From Setoptus koraiensis (Eukaryota > Animalia > Arthropoda): a DNA stretch of 64,000 bases. The DNA is taken from positions 4,402,001 to 4,466,000 of the forward strand of contig CM106586.1 of NCBI GenBank assembly GCA_048013815.1. Direction: 5' to 3'. The position numbers were made by a program, and so were the translations under genes. Shown in pieces: positions 1 to 12,557 of this stretch. The notes under the pieces are model-generated. The model was given only the letters and a program-made list of their open reading frames with translations. It searched no databases and was not told the origin of the DNA. Numbering within the stretch: the stretch's first letter is position 1; every line of letters starts with the position of its first letter.

Positions 1-798
<798 letters not shown>

Positions 799-1138
799 TT
801 ACATGTATGTAGTGTAGTCAGAGATCTTTTGAATGTCAATTGCTTTCCAAGTTACAGTGATTCTATAACACTCCGGGGGGTGGGGGGTGGGGTAAGAGAG
901 CGCGTGTTCCATACGCAGAACCGAGCGCACCATCAGTAAACATATGTTTCAGGACGAGCTGTTTGAGAATAACTCAGGCAAGAGATGGTGCGGCATTGAA
1001 GCAGGAACAAAGAAATTAAACGATATATATTAATATCGAATCGCACACTTTATGAAAATATATATTATTATTCACATTTGCATGTAATCATAAGTAAATT
1101 TGATCAACTATAATTTTCCTTTTCACTGTGTCGGTTTT

Positions 1139-1480
1139 TTAACTTTTTGTTAGTTCTAAGTCGTAAAGCAACACCGCCATATCGTCTCTCAACTGAACTA
1201 GCTTCTCATCAATGGCTTTGATTGCGGTTGGATCTGATTTCGCTTCGATAGACTGGTTGATTAAAGTAAAATCGTTGATGATGTAAAAATTCCTTATATC
1301 TGCGATCAAGGTCATCAGCGATTGAAACGATCGGACAATTTCGGCTGCTCGTACTTGCACTTCGAATGTAACATGTTCAGATTTAGTATTGAGAATTTCG
1401 GCAAATTTATCCTGGATGTTGCGGACATTGTCCTTGAGTTGTTTCTGGTAGTCCTTTAGAGTGAGATCCTGAGAAGACAT
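1139..1480 (-). CDS. MED22: Mediator subunit 22 (113 aa, intronless)
   Basis: DYQKQLKDNVRNIQDKFAEIL...VRAAEIVRSFQSLMTLIADIRNFYIINDF...LRDDMAVLLYDLE follows the MED22/Surf5 pattern. First in-frame ATG is at 1480. Confidence 0.88.
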   Translation of the reverse strand: MSSQDLTLKDYQKQLKDNVRNIQDKFAEILNTKSEHVTFEVQVRAAEIVRSFQSLMTLIADIRNFYIINDFTLINQSIEAKSDPTAIKAIDEKLVQLRDDMAVLLYDLELTKS

Positions 1481-1719
1481 TTCATTCAAAAGATATTTTA
1501 CAAAATCACAACTTCCAACAAATATTGCGGTCACCTTTTATTTTACATGTGATAAATGATATTTTCTTTGAGATTCTTCCCCGCTGCCCCAATGAATTGT
1601 GGAAGCAACGCACACCCAACGAAAGGTGCAAACCGTTTGACGTGCGATAGGAAATTATAGGGGGCGCTTCAGAGCGCAGAAAAAGCGCAAACGTAATAAG
1701 TAAAAATCAAAATTTTTCT

Positions 1720-2613
1720 TTATTGTAACTGGACTTTGTTACGGGTAAACTTCGTAAGGTCTGGACCATTTTTTAGGACTTCACTTAGAAGTGGTTTCTT
1801 TTTTTCTATCTCTTTGTGCGTGCTACACCAACGTTTATAACATTGATGCTTCGACCGGAGTAAAAGTCCCCTCTTTTGAATCTGTTCGGCCACTTTTTTC
1901 CACGGTATGTCCTTAGAGGATATAATATCGATGCTACCTGACCCGACTATATCCGCAACAATATCTCTGAGTATCAAATCCTCATGCTCTGTCCATCTTG
2001 ATCTTTCTTTTAATTTGGGTTTACTAACAACATATTGTACGATCTCAGGCTGAACGTCTACTTCACGCGATAATGAACTCCAATTGTTTCCATATTCTTT
2101 ATGTAATTCCTTGATTTTCTTTCTTTCCTCCGGACTGAGATCTTTTGAGCTCGTGGTAGTGTAGGCTGTCTTTTTAATAAATAAGAATCGGCATCTTTTG
2201 TAAATATCCGAACAAAGTCTATCATCCAGCTTGTAACTCATACGCAGGAGTAGTTTTCGTCGCTTGCACTCACGCTTTAATACCCGACGTTTGCCCGCTG
2301 AGGATACTTCTTTGCTGTTTATCTTTTCTGGTAATTGAGAGTGGCCAAAAGCTATTGATGGAAACGACAGGATTTCGGGGAAATCTTTAGCGAATCGCTT
2401 CCAATTCTTTATCAATCTTTTGTCTTCGTCTTTCGTGAATGGACCTCTTTTCACGAGTAAACCCTGTTCCTTAAGACTATCGACCAGTTGTTGCTCCTTG
2501 TCGCTTCGAAGACAAGTTGAGATTGGTCGGAAAAGATGAAGAGGTGCTTTAGATACTTTCCTTATTATTAGTTCCTCGTCTTCTTTGAATGTATACTCAT
2601 CTTCTTCGTCCAT
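1720..2613 (-). CDS. Myb/SANT-repeat protein, TTF1/DMTF1/Reb1-like (297 aa)
   Basis: Myb-like repeats: RGPFTKDEDKRLIKNWKRF, LSPEERKKIKELHKEYGNNWSSL, SRWTEHEDLIL...IPWKKVAEQI...RSKHQCYKRW. First in-frame ATG is at 2613. Confidence 0.72.
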   Translation of the reverse strand: MDEEDEYTFKEDEELIIRKVSKAPLHLFRPISTCLRSDKEQQLVDSLKEQGLLVKRGPFTKDEDKRLIKNWKRFAKDFPEILSFPSIAFGHSQLPEKINSKEVSSAGKRRVLKRECKRRKLLLRMSYKLDDRLCSDIYKRCRFLFIKKTAYTTTSSKDLSPEERKKIKELHKEYGNNWSSLSREVDVQPEIVQYVVSKPKLKERSRWTEHEDLILRDIVADIVGSGSIDIISSKDIPWKKVAEQIQKRGLLLRSKHQCYKRWCSTHKEIEKKKPLLSEVLKNGPDLTKFTRNKVQLQ

Positions 2614-2890
2614 CTTGAGCACATGTGATTAATATTTTCTTCCTATATCTACTAACACGTGATAATTGTTGCGCTTATCTTATACCATGCCATATTACTG
2701 ATGACACTACAACAGATTCAAAACATGCGCTAGTATGTAGCAGATTTGATTCAATAATACATGAGAAGCGAAAGCGGTTGTAAATCGTTGTATATTGATG
2801 TATCTACAAATCGACCGGTATGGCCCAGTCCTAATTTGCTTTAACATGAAACGATATTTATCGATAGCCGGCTGAGTTCTCCAATTGAGC

Positions 2891-3151
2891 ATGGCAAAGA
2901 AAAAAAATATTTTAAAATCCTGTAAGACTTTCAGCAGGTATGCAGACATCATACTCAAAGGGAAGTCCGAGTCATCGCCAGATCCTTTTCACCTAGAATC
3001 GAATATTATTGCGAACAAAAAGCACAGCAAAAAGGCCAAAATAAAGAAAAGCAAGAAGAAATTGAGGAGACAAACGAGGATTCTCAAGAAGAAGCAGAAT
3101 GCCGACAACATGTTCTCTAATCTCGCATTAAAATTAGAGAGAACCCTATAA
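2891..3151 (+). CDS. Small Lys-rich basic protein of unknown function (86 aa)
   Basis: ATG-initiated ORF filling the slot between the Myb gene (divergent) and ARL2 (convergent). No recognisable domain. Confidence 0.45.
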   Translation: MAKKKNILKSCKTFSRYADIILKGKSESSPDPFHLESNIIANKKHSKKAKIKKSKKKLRRQTRILKKKQNADNMFSNLALKLERTL

Positions 3152-3250
3152 AATGACCTAGAAAATAATGTAAACGCCCTGCTTTAGTAGTAAAAGATTT
3201 TAAACATTTCCAAAAAATACAATATAAAAGATGAAATCATACTTTATTAT

Positions 3251-3805
3251 CTAACTGTGATGATAGATCCTGGAGCCGATATCACCAACCAACCAGTCTA
3301 TTGATTCGATAACATTCTTTCCAGTCAAAGCGCACACAGGGAATATTTGCCAATGATGAGTCTTGATTGTGTCCAATTGGAGCAGTTGTTGCAGCTTCTC
3401 GCTTGATAAAGCTCCTGGTAGATCCTGTTTGTTGGCTAAAACTAAAAGTGAGGCACCTGCCAACCTCTCTTCCTTGAGAAGATCGTGCAGTTCGTCTTTG
3501 CAGAGTTTTAATCTCATTGTATCGGCGCAATCAACAATCCATACAAGACCGTCTGTAGATTCGAAGTAATTTTTCCAGTACGATCTGAGTGATTTTTGTC
3601 CACCTACATCCCATATATTGAGGCTGTAATTCTCATATTGTAGAGTGCTTATTTTGAAGCCCAATGTAGGTGACACCTGATTTACATCATCTCCGCTGAG
3701 TTGTTTTACCAAAGTCGTTTTTCCTGCGTTATCGATACCGAGTATAAGTAGCCTCATCTGACGCTCTTCTCGACGTATCTTCTTGAGAATCTTGTGTAAT
3801 ACCAT
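3251..3805 (-). CDS. ARL2: ADP-ribosylation factor-like 2 GTPase (184 aa, intronless)
   Basis: G-box motifs [32 protein letters not shown] and ANKQDL, plus [10 protein letters not shown]. Length from ATG 3805 is 184 aa, as in ARL2. Confidence 0.95.
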   Translation of the reverse strand: MVLHKILKKIRREERQMRLLILGIDNAGKTTLVKQLSGDDVNQVSPTLGFKISTLQYENYSLNIWDVGGQKSLRSYWKNYFESTDGLVWIVDCADTMRLKLCKDELHDLLKEERLAGASLLVLANKQDLPGALSSEKLQQLLQLDTIKTHHWQIFPVCALTGKNVIESIDWLVGDIGSRIYHHS

Positions 3806-3879
3806 AGTAATAATGGGGATATATTTAGATTTACAGTAAATTTCAGCCAAATGTGAATTCATCCAAATGCGAAAAACGA

Positions 3880-4798
3880 TTACGTTTTTGCCATTCCCAC
3901 TTCGTTTTCGCGTGGTAATTTTGAATTTTGGCTTGATTTTGAATTTCGCACTTTATCGAAAGCTTCTTGTAAGAGATGCTCTCGAGTCTTGAGCTCCTGA
4001 ATCTCGACGTTCAATTTATTTACTATTCTCTGATTGACTAATATTTCATCTGCTTGGTGCTTCGTTATAGAGTTTAATTCTATCTCAGACTGATGAATTT
4101 TCGCAATGACTTCATTGATCGTATCGACCAAAGACTTGGCCCTAGCTTGATAACCTCCGAGTATAACCCCCAACTTGGCCTCCGATTTCAAATTTTTCTT
4201 TTTCTCCCTACAAAATATCGGTTTGTATGAGTCGTACAGCTCCTGAGCCTCCTTCAAAAACATATATTTATCTTCTTGAGTGATTAGATTCAAGAAAGGC
4301 TTGTCTTTCTCATGCATTTTTCGTTGAGAATCTCCAGGCTCGATCTCAGACTCTACTAATTGTTTGGCCGACAATAAATCTTTGTTAGAGATGACTTCGT
4401 AAGGATACTTCTCCAGAAATTTTCTGTGCAAATTATCAAGATCTACACCCGATCTCAGTTTTAGTGTGGCTTCAACCTGTTGTTCTTCCGATTTCTCATT
4501 CAGAGCATCATGGTGCATCATTGTGAGAATCTCTTTCCTCACTGGCGACGGTGCATTCGGAAAAAAATCATCGCTCACCTCTAAAGGAATACTCGAGGCC
4601 AATGGACGCGGTAAATTGAGTTGAACTGACCGCGATTTCCTTTTGAATTCTTCCAACCGCTCCTTCTCCTCTGCCTTTCTCCTAAGTTCGTCAAGGTAAG
4701 CTTCATCGGGAATCATCGCGCCTGCCTCGTCATCATTAACTTCTTCTTCAGGCTCTGGTTCATTATATTCTTCATTCAACATATATTCATTCTGAGGT
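3880..4798 (-). CDS. CDC5L: CDC5L 3' part (copy B), interrupted by the assembly gap
   Basis: Translation identical to the C-terminal ~300 aa of 8236-10677. Confidence 0.9.
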
Positions 4799-5298
4799 NN
4801 NNNNNNNNNNNNNNNNNNNNNNNNNNNNNNNNNNNNNNNNNNNNNNNNNNNNNNNNNNNNNNNNNNNNNNNNNNNNNNNNNNNNNNNNNNNNNNNNNNNN
4901 NNNNNNNNNNNNNNNNNNNNNNNNNNNNNNNNNNNNNNNNNNNNNNNNNNNNNNNNNNNNNNNNNNNNNNNNNNNNNNNNNNNNNNNNNNNNNNNNNNNN
5001 NNNNNNNNNNNNNNNNNNNNNNNNNNNNNNNNNNNNNNNNNNNNNNNNNNNNNNNNNNNNNNNNNNNNNNNNNNNNNNNNNNNNNNNNNNNNNNNNNNNN
5101 NNNNNNNNNNNNNNNNNNNNNNNNNNNNNNNNNNNNNNNNNNNNNNNNNNNNNNNNNNNNNNNNNNNNNNNNNNNNNNNNNNNNNNNNNNNNNNNNNNNN
5201 NNNNNNNNNNNNNNNNNNNNNNNNNNNNNNNNNNNNNNNNNNNNNNNNNNNNNNNNNNNNNNNNNNNNNNNNNNNNNNNNNNNNNNNNNNNNNNNNNN
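4799..5298. other. Assembly gap (500 N)
   Basis: Run of N. If the unit is complete, about 1.7 kb (rest of CDC5L plus junction) is missing here. Confidence 1.
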
Positions 5299-5494
5299 TA
5301 TGTTTCAGGACGAGCTGTTTGAGAATAACTCAGGCAAGAGATGGTGCGGCTTTGAAGCAGGAACAAAGAAATTAAACGATATATATTAATATTGAATCGC
5401 ACACTTTATGAAAATATATATTATTATTCACATTTGCATGTAATCATAAGTAAATTTGATCAACTATAATTTTCCTTTTCACTGTGTCGGTTTT

Positions 5495-5836
5495 TTAACT
5501 TTTTGTTAGTTCTAAGTCGTAAAGCAACACCGCCATATCGTCTCTCAACTGAACTAGCTTCTCATCAATGGCTTTGATTGCGGTTGGATCTGATTTCGCT
5601 TCGATAGACTGGTTGATTAAAGTAAAATCGTTGATGATGTAAAAATTCCTTATATCTGCGATCAAGGTCATCAGCGATTGAAACGATCGGACAATTTCGG
5701 CTGCTCGTACTTGCACTTCGAATGTAACATGTTCAGATTTAGTATTGAGAATTTCGGCAAATTTATCCTGGATGTTGCGGACATTGTCCTTGAGTTGTTT
5801 CTGGTAGTCCTTTAGAGTGAGATCCTGAGAAGACAT
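5495..5836 (-). CDS. MED22: Mediator subunit 22, second copy
   Basis: Translation identical to 1139-1480. Confidence 0.88.
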   Translation of the reverse strand: MSSQDLTLKDYQKQLKDNVRNIQDKFAEILNTKSEHVTFEVQVRAAEIVRSFQSLMTLIADIRNFYIINDFTLINQSIEAKSDPTAIKAIDEKLVQLRDDMAVLLYDLELTKS

Positions 5837-6075
5837 TTCATTCAAAAGATATTTTACAAAATCACAACTTCCAACAAATATTGCGGTCACCTTTTATTTT
5901 ACATGTGATAAATGATATTTTCTTTGAGATTCTTCCCCGCTGCCCCAATGAATTGTGGAAGCAACGCACACCCAACGAAAGGTGCAAACCGTTTGACGTG
6001 CGATAGGAAATTATAGGGGGCGCTTCAGAGCGCAGAAAAAGCGCAAACGTAATAAGTAAAAATCAAAATTTTTCT

Positions 6076-6969
6076 TTATTGTAACTGGACTTTGTTACGG
6101 GTAAACTTCGTAAGGTCTGGACCATTTTTTAGGACTTCACTTAGAAGTGGTTTCTTTTTTTCTATCTCTTTGTGCGTGCTACACCAACGTTTATAACATT
6201 GATGCTTCGACCGGAGTAAAAGTCCCCTCTTTTGAATCTGTTCGGCCACTTTTTTCCACGGTATGTCCTTAGAGGATATAATATCGATGCTACCTGACCC
6301 GACTATATCCGCAACAATATCTCTGAGTATCAAATCCTCATGCTCTGTCCATCTTGATCTTTCTTTTAATTTGGGTTTACTAACAACATATTGTACGATC
6401 TCAGGCTGAACGTCTACTTCACGCGATAATGAACTCCAATTGTTTCCATATTCTTTATGTAATTCCTTGATTTTCTTTCTTTCCTCCGGACTGAGATCTT
6501 TTGAGCTCGTGGTAGTGTAGGCTGTCTTTTTAATAAATAAGAATCGGCATCTTTTGTAAATATCCGAACAAAGTCTATCATCCAGCTTGTAACTCATACG
6601 CAGGAGTAGTTTTCGTCGCTTGCACTCACGCTTTAATACCCGACGTTTGCCCGCTGAGGATACTTCTTTGCTGTTTATCTTTTCTGGTAATTGAGAGTGG
6701 CCAAAAGCTATTGATGGAAACGACAGGATTTCGGGGAAATCTTTAGCGAATCGCTTCCAATTCTTTATCAATCTTTTGTCTTCGTCTTTCGTGAATGGAC
6801 CTCTTTTCACGAGTAAACCCTGTTCCTTAAGACTATCGACCAGTTGTTGCTCCTTGTCGCTTCGAAGACAAGTTGAGATTGGTCGGAAAAGATGAAGAGG
6901 TGCTTTAGATACTTTCCTTATTATTAGTTCCTCGTCTTCTTTGAATGTATACTCATCTTCTTCGTCCAT
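6076..6969 (-). CDS. TTF1/DMTF1-like Myb protein, second copy
   Basis: Translation identical to 1720-2613. Confidence 0.72.
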   Translation of the reverse strand: MDEEDEYTFKEDEELIIRKVSKAPLHLFRPISTCLRSDKEQQLVDSLKEQGLLVKRGPFTKDEDKRLIKNWKRFAKDFPEILSFPSIAFGHSQLPEKINSKEVSSAGKRRVLKRECKRRKLLLRMSYKLDDRLCSDIYKRCRFLFIKKTAYTTTSSKDLSPEERKKIKELHKEYGNNWSSLSREVDVQPEIVQYVVSKPKLKERSRWTEHEDLILRDIVADIVGSGSIDIISSKDIPWKKVAEQIQKRGLLLRSKHQCYKRWCSTHKEIEKKKPLLSEVLKNGPDLTKFTRNKVQLQ

Positions 6970-7246
6970 CTTGAGCACATGTGATTAATATTTTCTTCCT
7001 ATATCTACTAACACGTGATAATTGTTGCGCTTATCTTATACCATGCCATATTACTGATGACACTACAACAGATTCAAAACATGCGCTAGTATGTAGCAGA
7101 TTTGATTCAATAATACATGAGAAGCGAAAGCGGTTGTAAATCGTTGTATATTGATGTATCTACAAATCGACCGGTATGGCCCAGTCCTAATTTGCTTTAA
7201 CATGAAACGATATTTATCGATAGCCGGCTGAGTTCTCCAATTGAGC

Positions 7247-7507
7247 ATGGCAAAGAAAAAAAATATTTTAAAATCCTGTAAGACTTTCAGCAGGTATGCA
7301 GACATCATACTCAAAGGGAAGTCCGAGTCATCGCCAGATCCTTTTCACCTAGAATCGAATATTATTGCGAACAAAAAGCACAGCAAAAAGGCCAAAATAA
7401 AGAAAAGCAAGAAGAAATTGAGGAGACAAACGAGGATTCTCAAGAAGAAGCAGAATGCCGACAACATGTTCTCTAATCTCGCATTAAAATTAGAGAGAAC
7501 CCTATAA
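7247..7507 (+). CDS. Small Lys-rich protein, second copy
   Basis: Identical to 2891-3151. Confidence 0.45.
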   Translation: MAKKKNILKSCKTFSRYADIILKGKSESSPDPFHLESNIIANKKHSKKAKIKKSKKKLRRQTRILKKKQNADNMFSNLALKLERTL

Positions 7508-7606
7508 AATGACCTAGAAAATAATGTAAACGCCCTGCTTTAGTAGTAAAAGATTTTAAACATTTCCAAAAAATACAATATAAAAGATGAAATCATACTT
7601 TATTAT

Positions 7607-8161
7607 CTAACTGTGATGATAGATCCTGGAGCCGATATCACCAACCAACCAGTCTATTGATTCGATAACATTCTTTCCAGTCAAAGCGCACACAGGGAAT
7701 ATTTGCCAATGATGAGTCTTGATTGTGTCCAATTGGAGCAGTTGTTGCAGCTTCTCGCTTGATAAAGCTCCTGGTAGATCCTGTTTGTTGGCTAAAACTA
7801 AAAGTGAGGCACCTGCCAACCTCTCTTCCTTGAGAAGATCGTGCAGTTCGTCTTTGCAGAGTTTTAATCTCATTGTATCGGCGCAATCAACAATCCATAC
7901 AAGACCGTCTGTAGATTCGAAGTAATTTTTCCAGTACGATCTGAGTGATTTTTGTCCACCTACATCCCATATATTGAGGCTGTAATTCTCATATTGTAGA
8001 GTGCTTATTTTGAAGCCCAATGTAGGTGACACCTGATTTACATCATCTCCGCTGAGTTGTTTTACCAAAGTCGTTTTTCCTGCGTTATCGATACCGAGTA
8101 TAAGTAGCCTCATCTGACGCTCTTCTCGACGTATCTTCTTGAGAATCTTGTGTAATACCAT
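7607..8161 (-). CDS. ARL2: ARL2, second copy
   Basis: Translation identical to 3251-3805. Confidence 0.95.
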   Translation of the reverse strand: MVLHKILKKIRREERQMRLLILGIDNAGKTTLVKQLSGDDVNQVSPTLGFKISTLQYENYSLNIWDVGGQKSLRSYWKNYFESTDGLVWIVDCADTMRLKLCKDELHDLLKEERLAGASLLVLANKQDLPGALSSEKLQQLLQLDTIKTHHWQIFPVCALTGKNVIESIDWLVGDIGSRIYHHS

Positions 8162-8235
8162 AGTAATAATGGGGATATATTTAGATTTACAGTAAAGTTC
8201 AGCCAAATGTGAATTCATCCAAATGCGAAAAACGA

Positions 8236-10677
8236 TTACGTTTTTGCCATTCCCACTTCGTTTTCGCGTGGTAATTTTGAATTTTGGCTTGATTTTGAAT
8301 TTCGCACTTTATCGAAAGCTTCTTGTAAGAGATGCTCTCGAGTCTTGAGCTCCTGAATCTCGACGTTCAATTTATTTACTATTCTCTGATTGACTAATAT
8401 TTCATCTGCTTGGTGCTTCGTTATAGAGTTTAATTCTATCTCAGACTGATGAATTTTCGCAATGACTTCATTGATCGTATCGACCAAAGACTTGGCCCTA
8501 GCTTGATAACCTCCGAGTATAACCCCCAACTTGGCCTCCGATTTCAAATTTTTCTTTTTCTCCCTACAAAATATCGGTTTGTATGAGTCGTACAGCTCCT
8601 GAGCCTCCTTCAAAAACATATATTTATCTTCTTGAGTGATTAGATTCAAGAAAGGCTTGTCTTTCTCATGCATTTTTCGTTGAGAATCTCCAGGCTCGAT
8701 CTCAGACTCTACTAATTGTTTGGCCGACAATAAATCTTTGTTAGAGATGACTTCGTAAGGATACTTCTCCAGAAATTTTCTGTGCAAATTATCAAGATCT
8801 ACACCCGATCTCAGTTTTAGTGTGGCTTCAACCTGTTGTTCTTCCGATTTCTCATTCAGAGCATCATGGTGCATCATTGTGAGAATCTCTTTCCTCACTG
8901 GCGACGGTGCATTCGGAAAAAAATCATCGCTCACCTCTAAAGGAATACTCGAGGCCAATGGACGCGGTAAATTGAGTTGAACTGACCGCGATTTCCTTTT
9001 GAATTCTTCCAACCGCTCCTTCTCCTCTGCCTTTCTCCTAAGTTCGTCAAGGTAAGCTTCATCGGGAATCATCGCGCCTGCCTCGTCATCATTAACTTCT
9101 TCTTCAGGCTCTGGTTCATTATATTCTTCATTCAACATATATTCATTCTGAGGTTGGGGTAATGCCTCAAGTAGATTTCTTACTTCTTGCTTCGCTTCCT
9201 CTATATATTGTTTGGCACGGGACGAATCTTCAAAAAATAAGTTCTCCTCGTTGTTAATAAGTAATCTGTCTCTTACAGGGGCGACGGAGGTAGAAACAAT
9301 ACTAGAAACTGAGCGTTCTGACAGGGCAGGGGTACGAGGTGGTGGCATTAATGAGGAGCTGGATCTTTGGGATTCGGAAACAGTTTCATTGTTGTTTGGT
9401 GCCTTCGGTACCCTGAAAGGTGTTGCGAGGAATGTGTTGGGAGTAACGGCTATGGTTCGCGACGATTCTGTCACGCTTTTACTGGTGAAAGGTGTATCAT
9501 GAAGAACTACATTGGCTCCACCTGCAAGAGGGGTTTCTTCACTCGAAAGAGCAGCCAAGTTTGAGGCTTCTCTAAGGATGGAATCTCTGCTCAAGCTTGT
9601 GCTCATTGGAGTTACTGTTTGCATGGCAGTTGAAGTGGCGAGGGAATAGTCAGATAGTAAGCCATCTGTACCAGAGCTATTGTTATTTCTTACAGCGTCT
9701 ATGGCTGCCTCACTAGCTCGGCCTAATTTTATCACTTGCTCTATCTCGTATTCGGAAATCTGAGGAGCTGGAAAGATGAGTGGTCCTCTCTTTGGTTTCA
9801 TCGGATCTAAAAATTTGTCTGTCAATTGAACTTGAGGTACACCCGATTCTTTTCGTTCTTTGGACTTTTGTTTATCACGCTTTCTGAGCTCCTCTTCTTT
9901 CTCACTTCGCAATTCACCATCCATATGCTCCTGGCGTAAACGTTTGAAATCAAAGTCTTTCGGATTATAAGCTTCTTGTGATGTGTTGTAGAGACCAGTG
10001 GGCACAGGTTTTTCGAACGGAATCTCAGCATTGTAGTCAATTCCATATTTCTTCTTCTTTGGAAATAAACTGACCCCGATACCCGCCATCCTTAGTTCCC
10101 TAGCTTTACCTAATGCAGCAAGCCTACGCGCCTCCTCTAACTGCTTTTCTCTAGCTTTTCTCTTAGCCTTTTTACCTTGCGTATTGGCTAATCTGGCGCG
10201 AGCCTCACTCAACATTTCCAATTCATCTTGGTCCATATCTTGTGGGTCAGGTCTAGCTGGCTTAGTCTCTGGATTTGGATCAATTTCTCCAGGTCTCAGG
10301 CGCCGAGGATCGTCGGCCAGAGATGGTATGGCATCGTCGCCTTCTTCCTTCTTCTGAGCTTGGTCCAACAAATATTCGTAATGTTCCAGACATTGTGAAG
10401 CTGTTCGTCCGATCGAGCTAGCGATCGTTCTCCATTGCGTTGGAAGTATTTTGGCCAGATGAAGCAATTTTTCTTCTTCCTCTCTACTCCATTCGGTTTT
10501 TTTAATAGATGGATCTAACCATTCATTCCAGCGAGCCTTACATTGCTTGGCTGATTTTCTATGCAATAATGATGCAACACGAGACCATTGATTTAGACCA
10601 TATTTAGAAACTGCAACCTTCAGGATTTCGTCCTCAGTGTTCCTCCAGACACCACCTTTTATCATAATACGAGGCAT
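8236..10677 (-). CDS. CDC5L: Cell division cycle 5-like / Cef1 pre-mRNA splicing factor (813 aa, intronless)
   Basis: Conserved N-terminus [50 protein letters not shown] (two Myb repeats), and [12 protein letters not shown]...[24 protein letters not shown]. Confidence 0.98.
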   Translation of the reverse strand: MPRIMIKGGVWRNTEDEILKVAVSKYGLNQWSRVASLLHRKSAKQCKARWNEWLDPSIKKTEWSREEEEKLLHLAKILPTQWRTIASSIGRTASQCLEHYEYLLDQAQKKEEGDDAIPSLADDPRRLRPGEIDPNPETKPARPDPQDMDQDELEMLSEARARLANTQGKKAKRKAREKQLEEARRLAALGKARELRMAGIGVSLFPKKKKYGIDYNAEIPFEKPVPTGLYNTSQEAYNPKDFDFKRLRQEHMDGELRSEKEEELRKRDKQKSKERKESGVPQVQLTDKFLDPMKPKRGPLIFPAPQISEYEIEQVIKLGRASEAAIDAVRNNNSSGTDGLLSDYSLATSTAMQTVTPMSTSLSRDSILREASNLAALSSEETPLAGGANVVLHDTPFTSKSVTESSRTIAVTPNTFLATPFRVPKAPNNNETVSESQRSSSSLMPPPRTPALSERSVSSIVSTSVAPVRDRLLINNEENLFFEDSSRAKQYIEEAKQEVRNLLEALPQPQNEYMLNEEYNEPEPEEEVNDDEAGAMIPDEAYLDELRRKAEEKERLEEFKRKSRSVQLNLPRPLASSIPLEVSDDFFPNAPSPVRKEILTMMHHDALNEKSEEQQVEATLKLRSGVDLDNLHRKFLEKYPYEVISNKDLLSAKQLVESEIEPGDSQRKMHEKDKPFLNLITQEDKYMFLKEAQELYDSYKPIFCREKKKNLKSEAKLGVILGGYQARAKSLVDTINEVIAKIHQSEIELNSITKHQADEILVNQRIVNKLNVEIQELKTREHLLQEAFDKVRNSKSSQNSKLPRENEVGMAKT

Positions 10678-11004
10678 CTTTGGTTTGTTATTTGTCACGT
10701 GTACTTTAACGATACAAAATAAATATAAAATAAATTACATGTATGTAATGTAATCAAGAATGTCAATTAATTTCCAGGAGTGTTACAGTGATACTGTTAC
10801 TATAGCACATGGTCGAGAGCGCAAAACAAATTTGAAATTAGCGCGTGTTCTTGAAAAGGTTCAGGCTGAACCGTCCAGCATCATCAGCGATTTTGTTTTC
10901 AAAATTGTCTCCGAGAAGGTGATAGATCAATCTGGACATCAAAATTATTAGAATTAGATCCGAAGAGGCAATAATCAATCAATTTATCAATCAAACAATT
11001 AGAA
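10678..11004. promoter_or_regulatory. Short divergent (bidirectional) promoter region, CDC5L/API5
   Basis: 327 bp between two head-to-head ATGs. Inferred from position only. Confidence 0.6.
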
Positions 11005-12557
11005 ATGGATAAAATAGACTTGCTATATAAATGGTCCGATGTCTTGACCGCAGCTGGCGATAACATAAGTCAGGTAAGTTAAGTGGAAATTTTTGAAGTT
11101 CTACTATCTTTCGATTCATTATTAATATTTTCTCTTTATTCTACAAGCAGCATGAGGATGATTATAAAAATATTCTCGAGTCTGTTAAGGGGGAAACCGG
11201 CAAAGAACGAGTCTTGGCATCAGACATGGTTGCTCGTTTCTTCAAACATTTTCCCAATTTAGCCGATCAGGCGCTGGAAGCGATTGAGGACCTTTGTCCA
11301 GACGACGATGTCGATGTCAGGAAGAGAGCCTCCATGGCACTAGTAAAAATCTGTAGAGACTGTAAAGATTACGTACCCAGGGTTACAGACATTCTTATTC
11401 AATTATTACAAAGTAAAGACCAGTCCGAGATTAACTTGGTCAATCAATCCCTGAAAGTATTGCTGGATTTGGACATTATTAAATTTCTCAATAGTTTCTT
11501 CGCTCTATTCACTACATTGGATGGAAATGAAGATGAAAGCAAGCTGGCACGTGAACGTGCCCTGAAATTTCTGTCCACTAGGCTACCTATTATTTCCAGT
11601 GAAATTATGACAAAGGAAGTGGAGGATCTAATAATGACTTCTTCCAAGAAGGCTATGGAGGATGTCACGAAAGATGAATTTTTATCTTTCATAGATATTC
11701 TCAGCAAACTTAAGATGGCTAAAACTATCCAAGGCCAAGGAATAATCTTGGAATCGATCTCAGCTCAGATAGAATTTGATAAGGATTTGGATCTTAATGA
11801 CGTGGGCGCTATAGACGGTTTTCTACTGTGCTCGAAGAACGCTTTACCTCTCTTTTCACAATACAATAGATCTTCGAGATATGTAGACTACATTTGCAAC
11901 CGATTTTTACCGAACCTAGCAACGTTGGCATCACTAGGAAAGGATCTGGAAATCCTGCAGGCGCTTGCTGAACTCTCGCCTTTTGTGGTGGACGAGAAGG
12001 ACCTAGACGTGGCCAACTGTCAAAATATAGTATTCAATAAATTACTAGATTATTTGCATCTACCTCCGGATACCAACACCGACATCACTGATGACTCCGC
12101 CAAGGTCCAAACGAAACAACCCGATTTCCTCTTCACACACATTGAATATCTCATGTTCACATTTCATCAACTCGGCCGCATCAGACCAGATTTCTTCACT
12201 CCTCAACTTCAGAAAGAGATCCGTTTGCGCCTACAGTATTTGGCCCAGAGATGTCAAAGCTTCACCGAAAAGCTGAGCGAACTACTAAAAGCAGTCAAAG
12301 ATAGGGCTGACCTTCGAAAAGAGGAGAACAAGTTGCGTCAGGTCGCTCTGCGAACCATAAAGAACATAACCATGATGGTCAGAGATCTATTTAAATTACC
12401 TCCACAGTTCAAAGCCCAAATATTATTATCATGCAAGCCATTGACAACACGTCCTGTGGACGCACCAACTCCAGCAGTGGCGACCGGCGGTTTCAAGAAA
12501 AAATTGCCAGTAGAAGTCTATAATCAACAAAGATCTCGCCGCCGCCGGATTGAATAG
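11005..12557 (+). CDS. API5: Apoptosis inhibitor 5 (about 491 aa); exons 11005-11073 and 11151-12557
   Basis: MDKIDLLYKWSDVLTAAGDNISQ|HEDDYKNILESVKG...RFFKHFPNLADQALEAIEDLCPDDDVDVRKRA matches API5. 77-nt intron CAG|GTAAGT...TTTCTCTTTATTCTACAAGCAG, phase 0, with a NAGNAG acceptor. Confidence 0.93.

Larger units (their letters stand above)
943..4798. repeat. Segmental tandem duplication, copy B (MED22-Myb-small ORF-ARL2-CDC5L 3' end)
   Basis: Matches 5299-9154 at offset 4356. I noticed only three substitutions (995/5351, 1037/5393, 3841/8197). Confidence 0.95.
5299..10677. repeat. Segmental tandem duplication, copy C (complete unit, retains the CDC5L-API5 adjacency)
   Basis: 5299-9154 matches 943-4798; 9916-10672 matches 1-757. 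Confidence 0.93.

Noticed and set aside
875-892. G-quadruplex at the duplication junction
   Set aside because: Only three G-runs (6, 6, 4), so a canonical intramolecular G4 is doubtful. Noted within the junction finding only.
2698-2730. CTGATGA hammerhead or box-C-like motif
   Set aside because: No downstream GAAA core, stems or box D in a suitable position.
2707-2958. Minus-strand 83-aa ORF (also 7063-7314)
   Set aside because: No recognisable motif; it overlaps the start of the plus-strand Lys-rich ORF and the probable shared promoter.
4776-5402. 208-aa ORF in the track
   Set aside because: Artefact of translating through the 500-N gap.
8236-12557. ORF-track starts for CDC5L (10698), API5 (11214), ARL2 (8218) and MED22 (5890)
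   Set aside because: Non-ATG or misplaced starts. Conserved N-termini give ATG 10677, 11005 (with an intron), 8161 and 5836.
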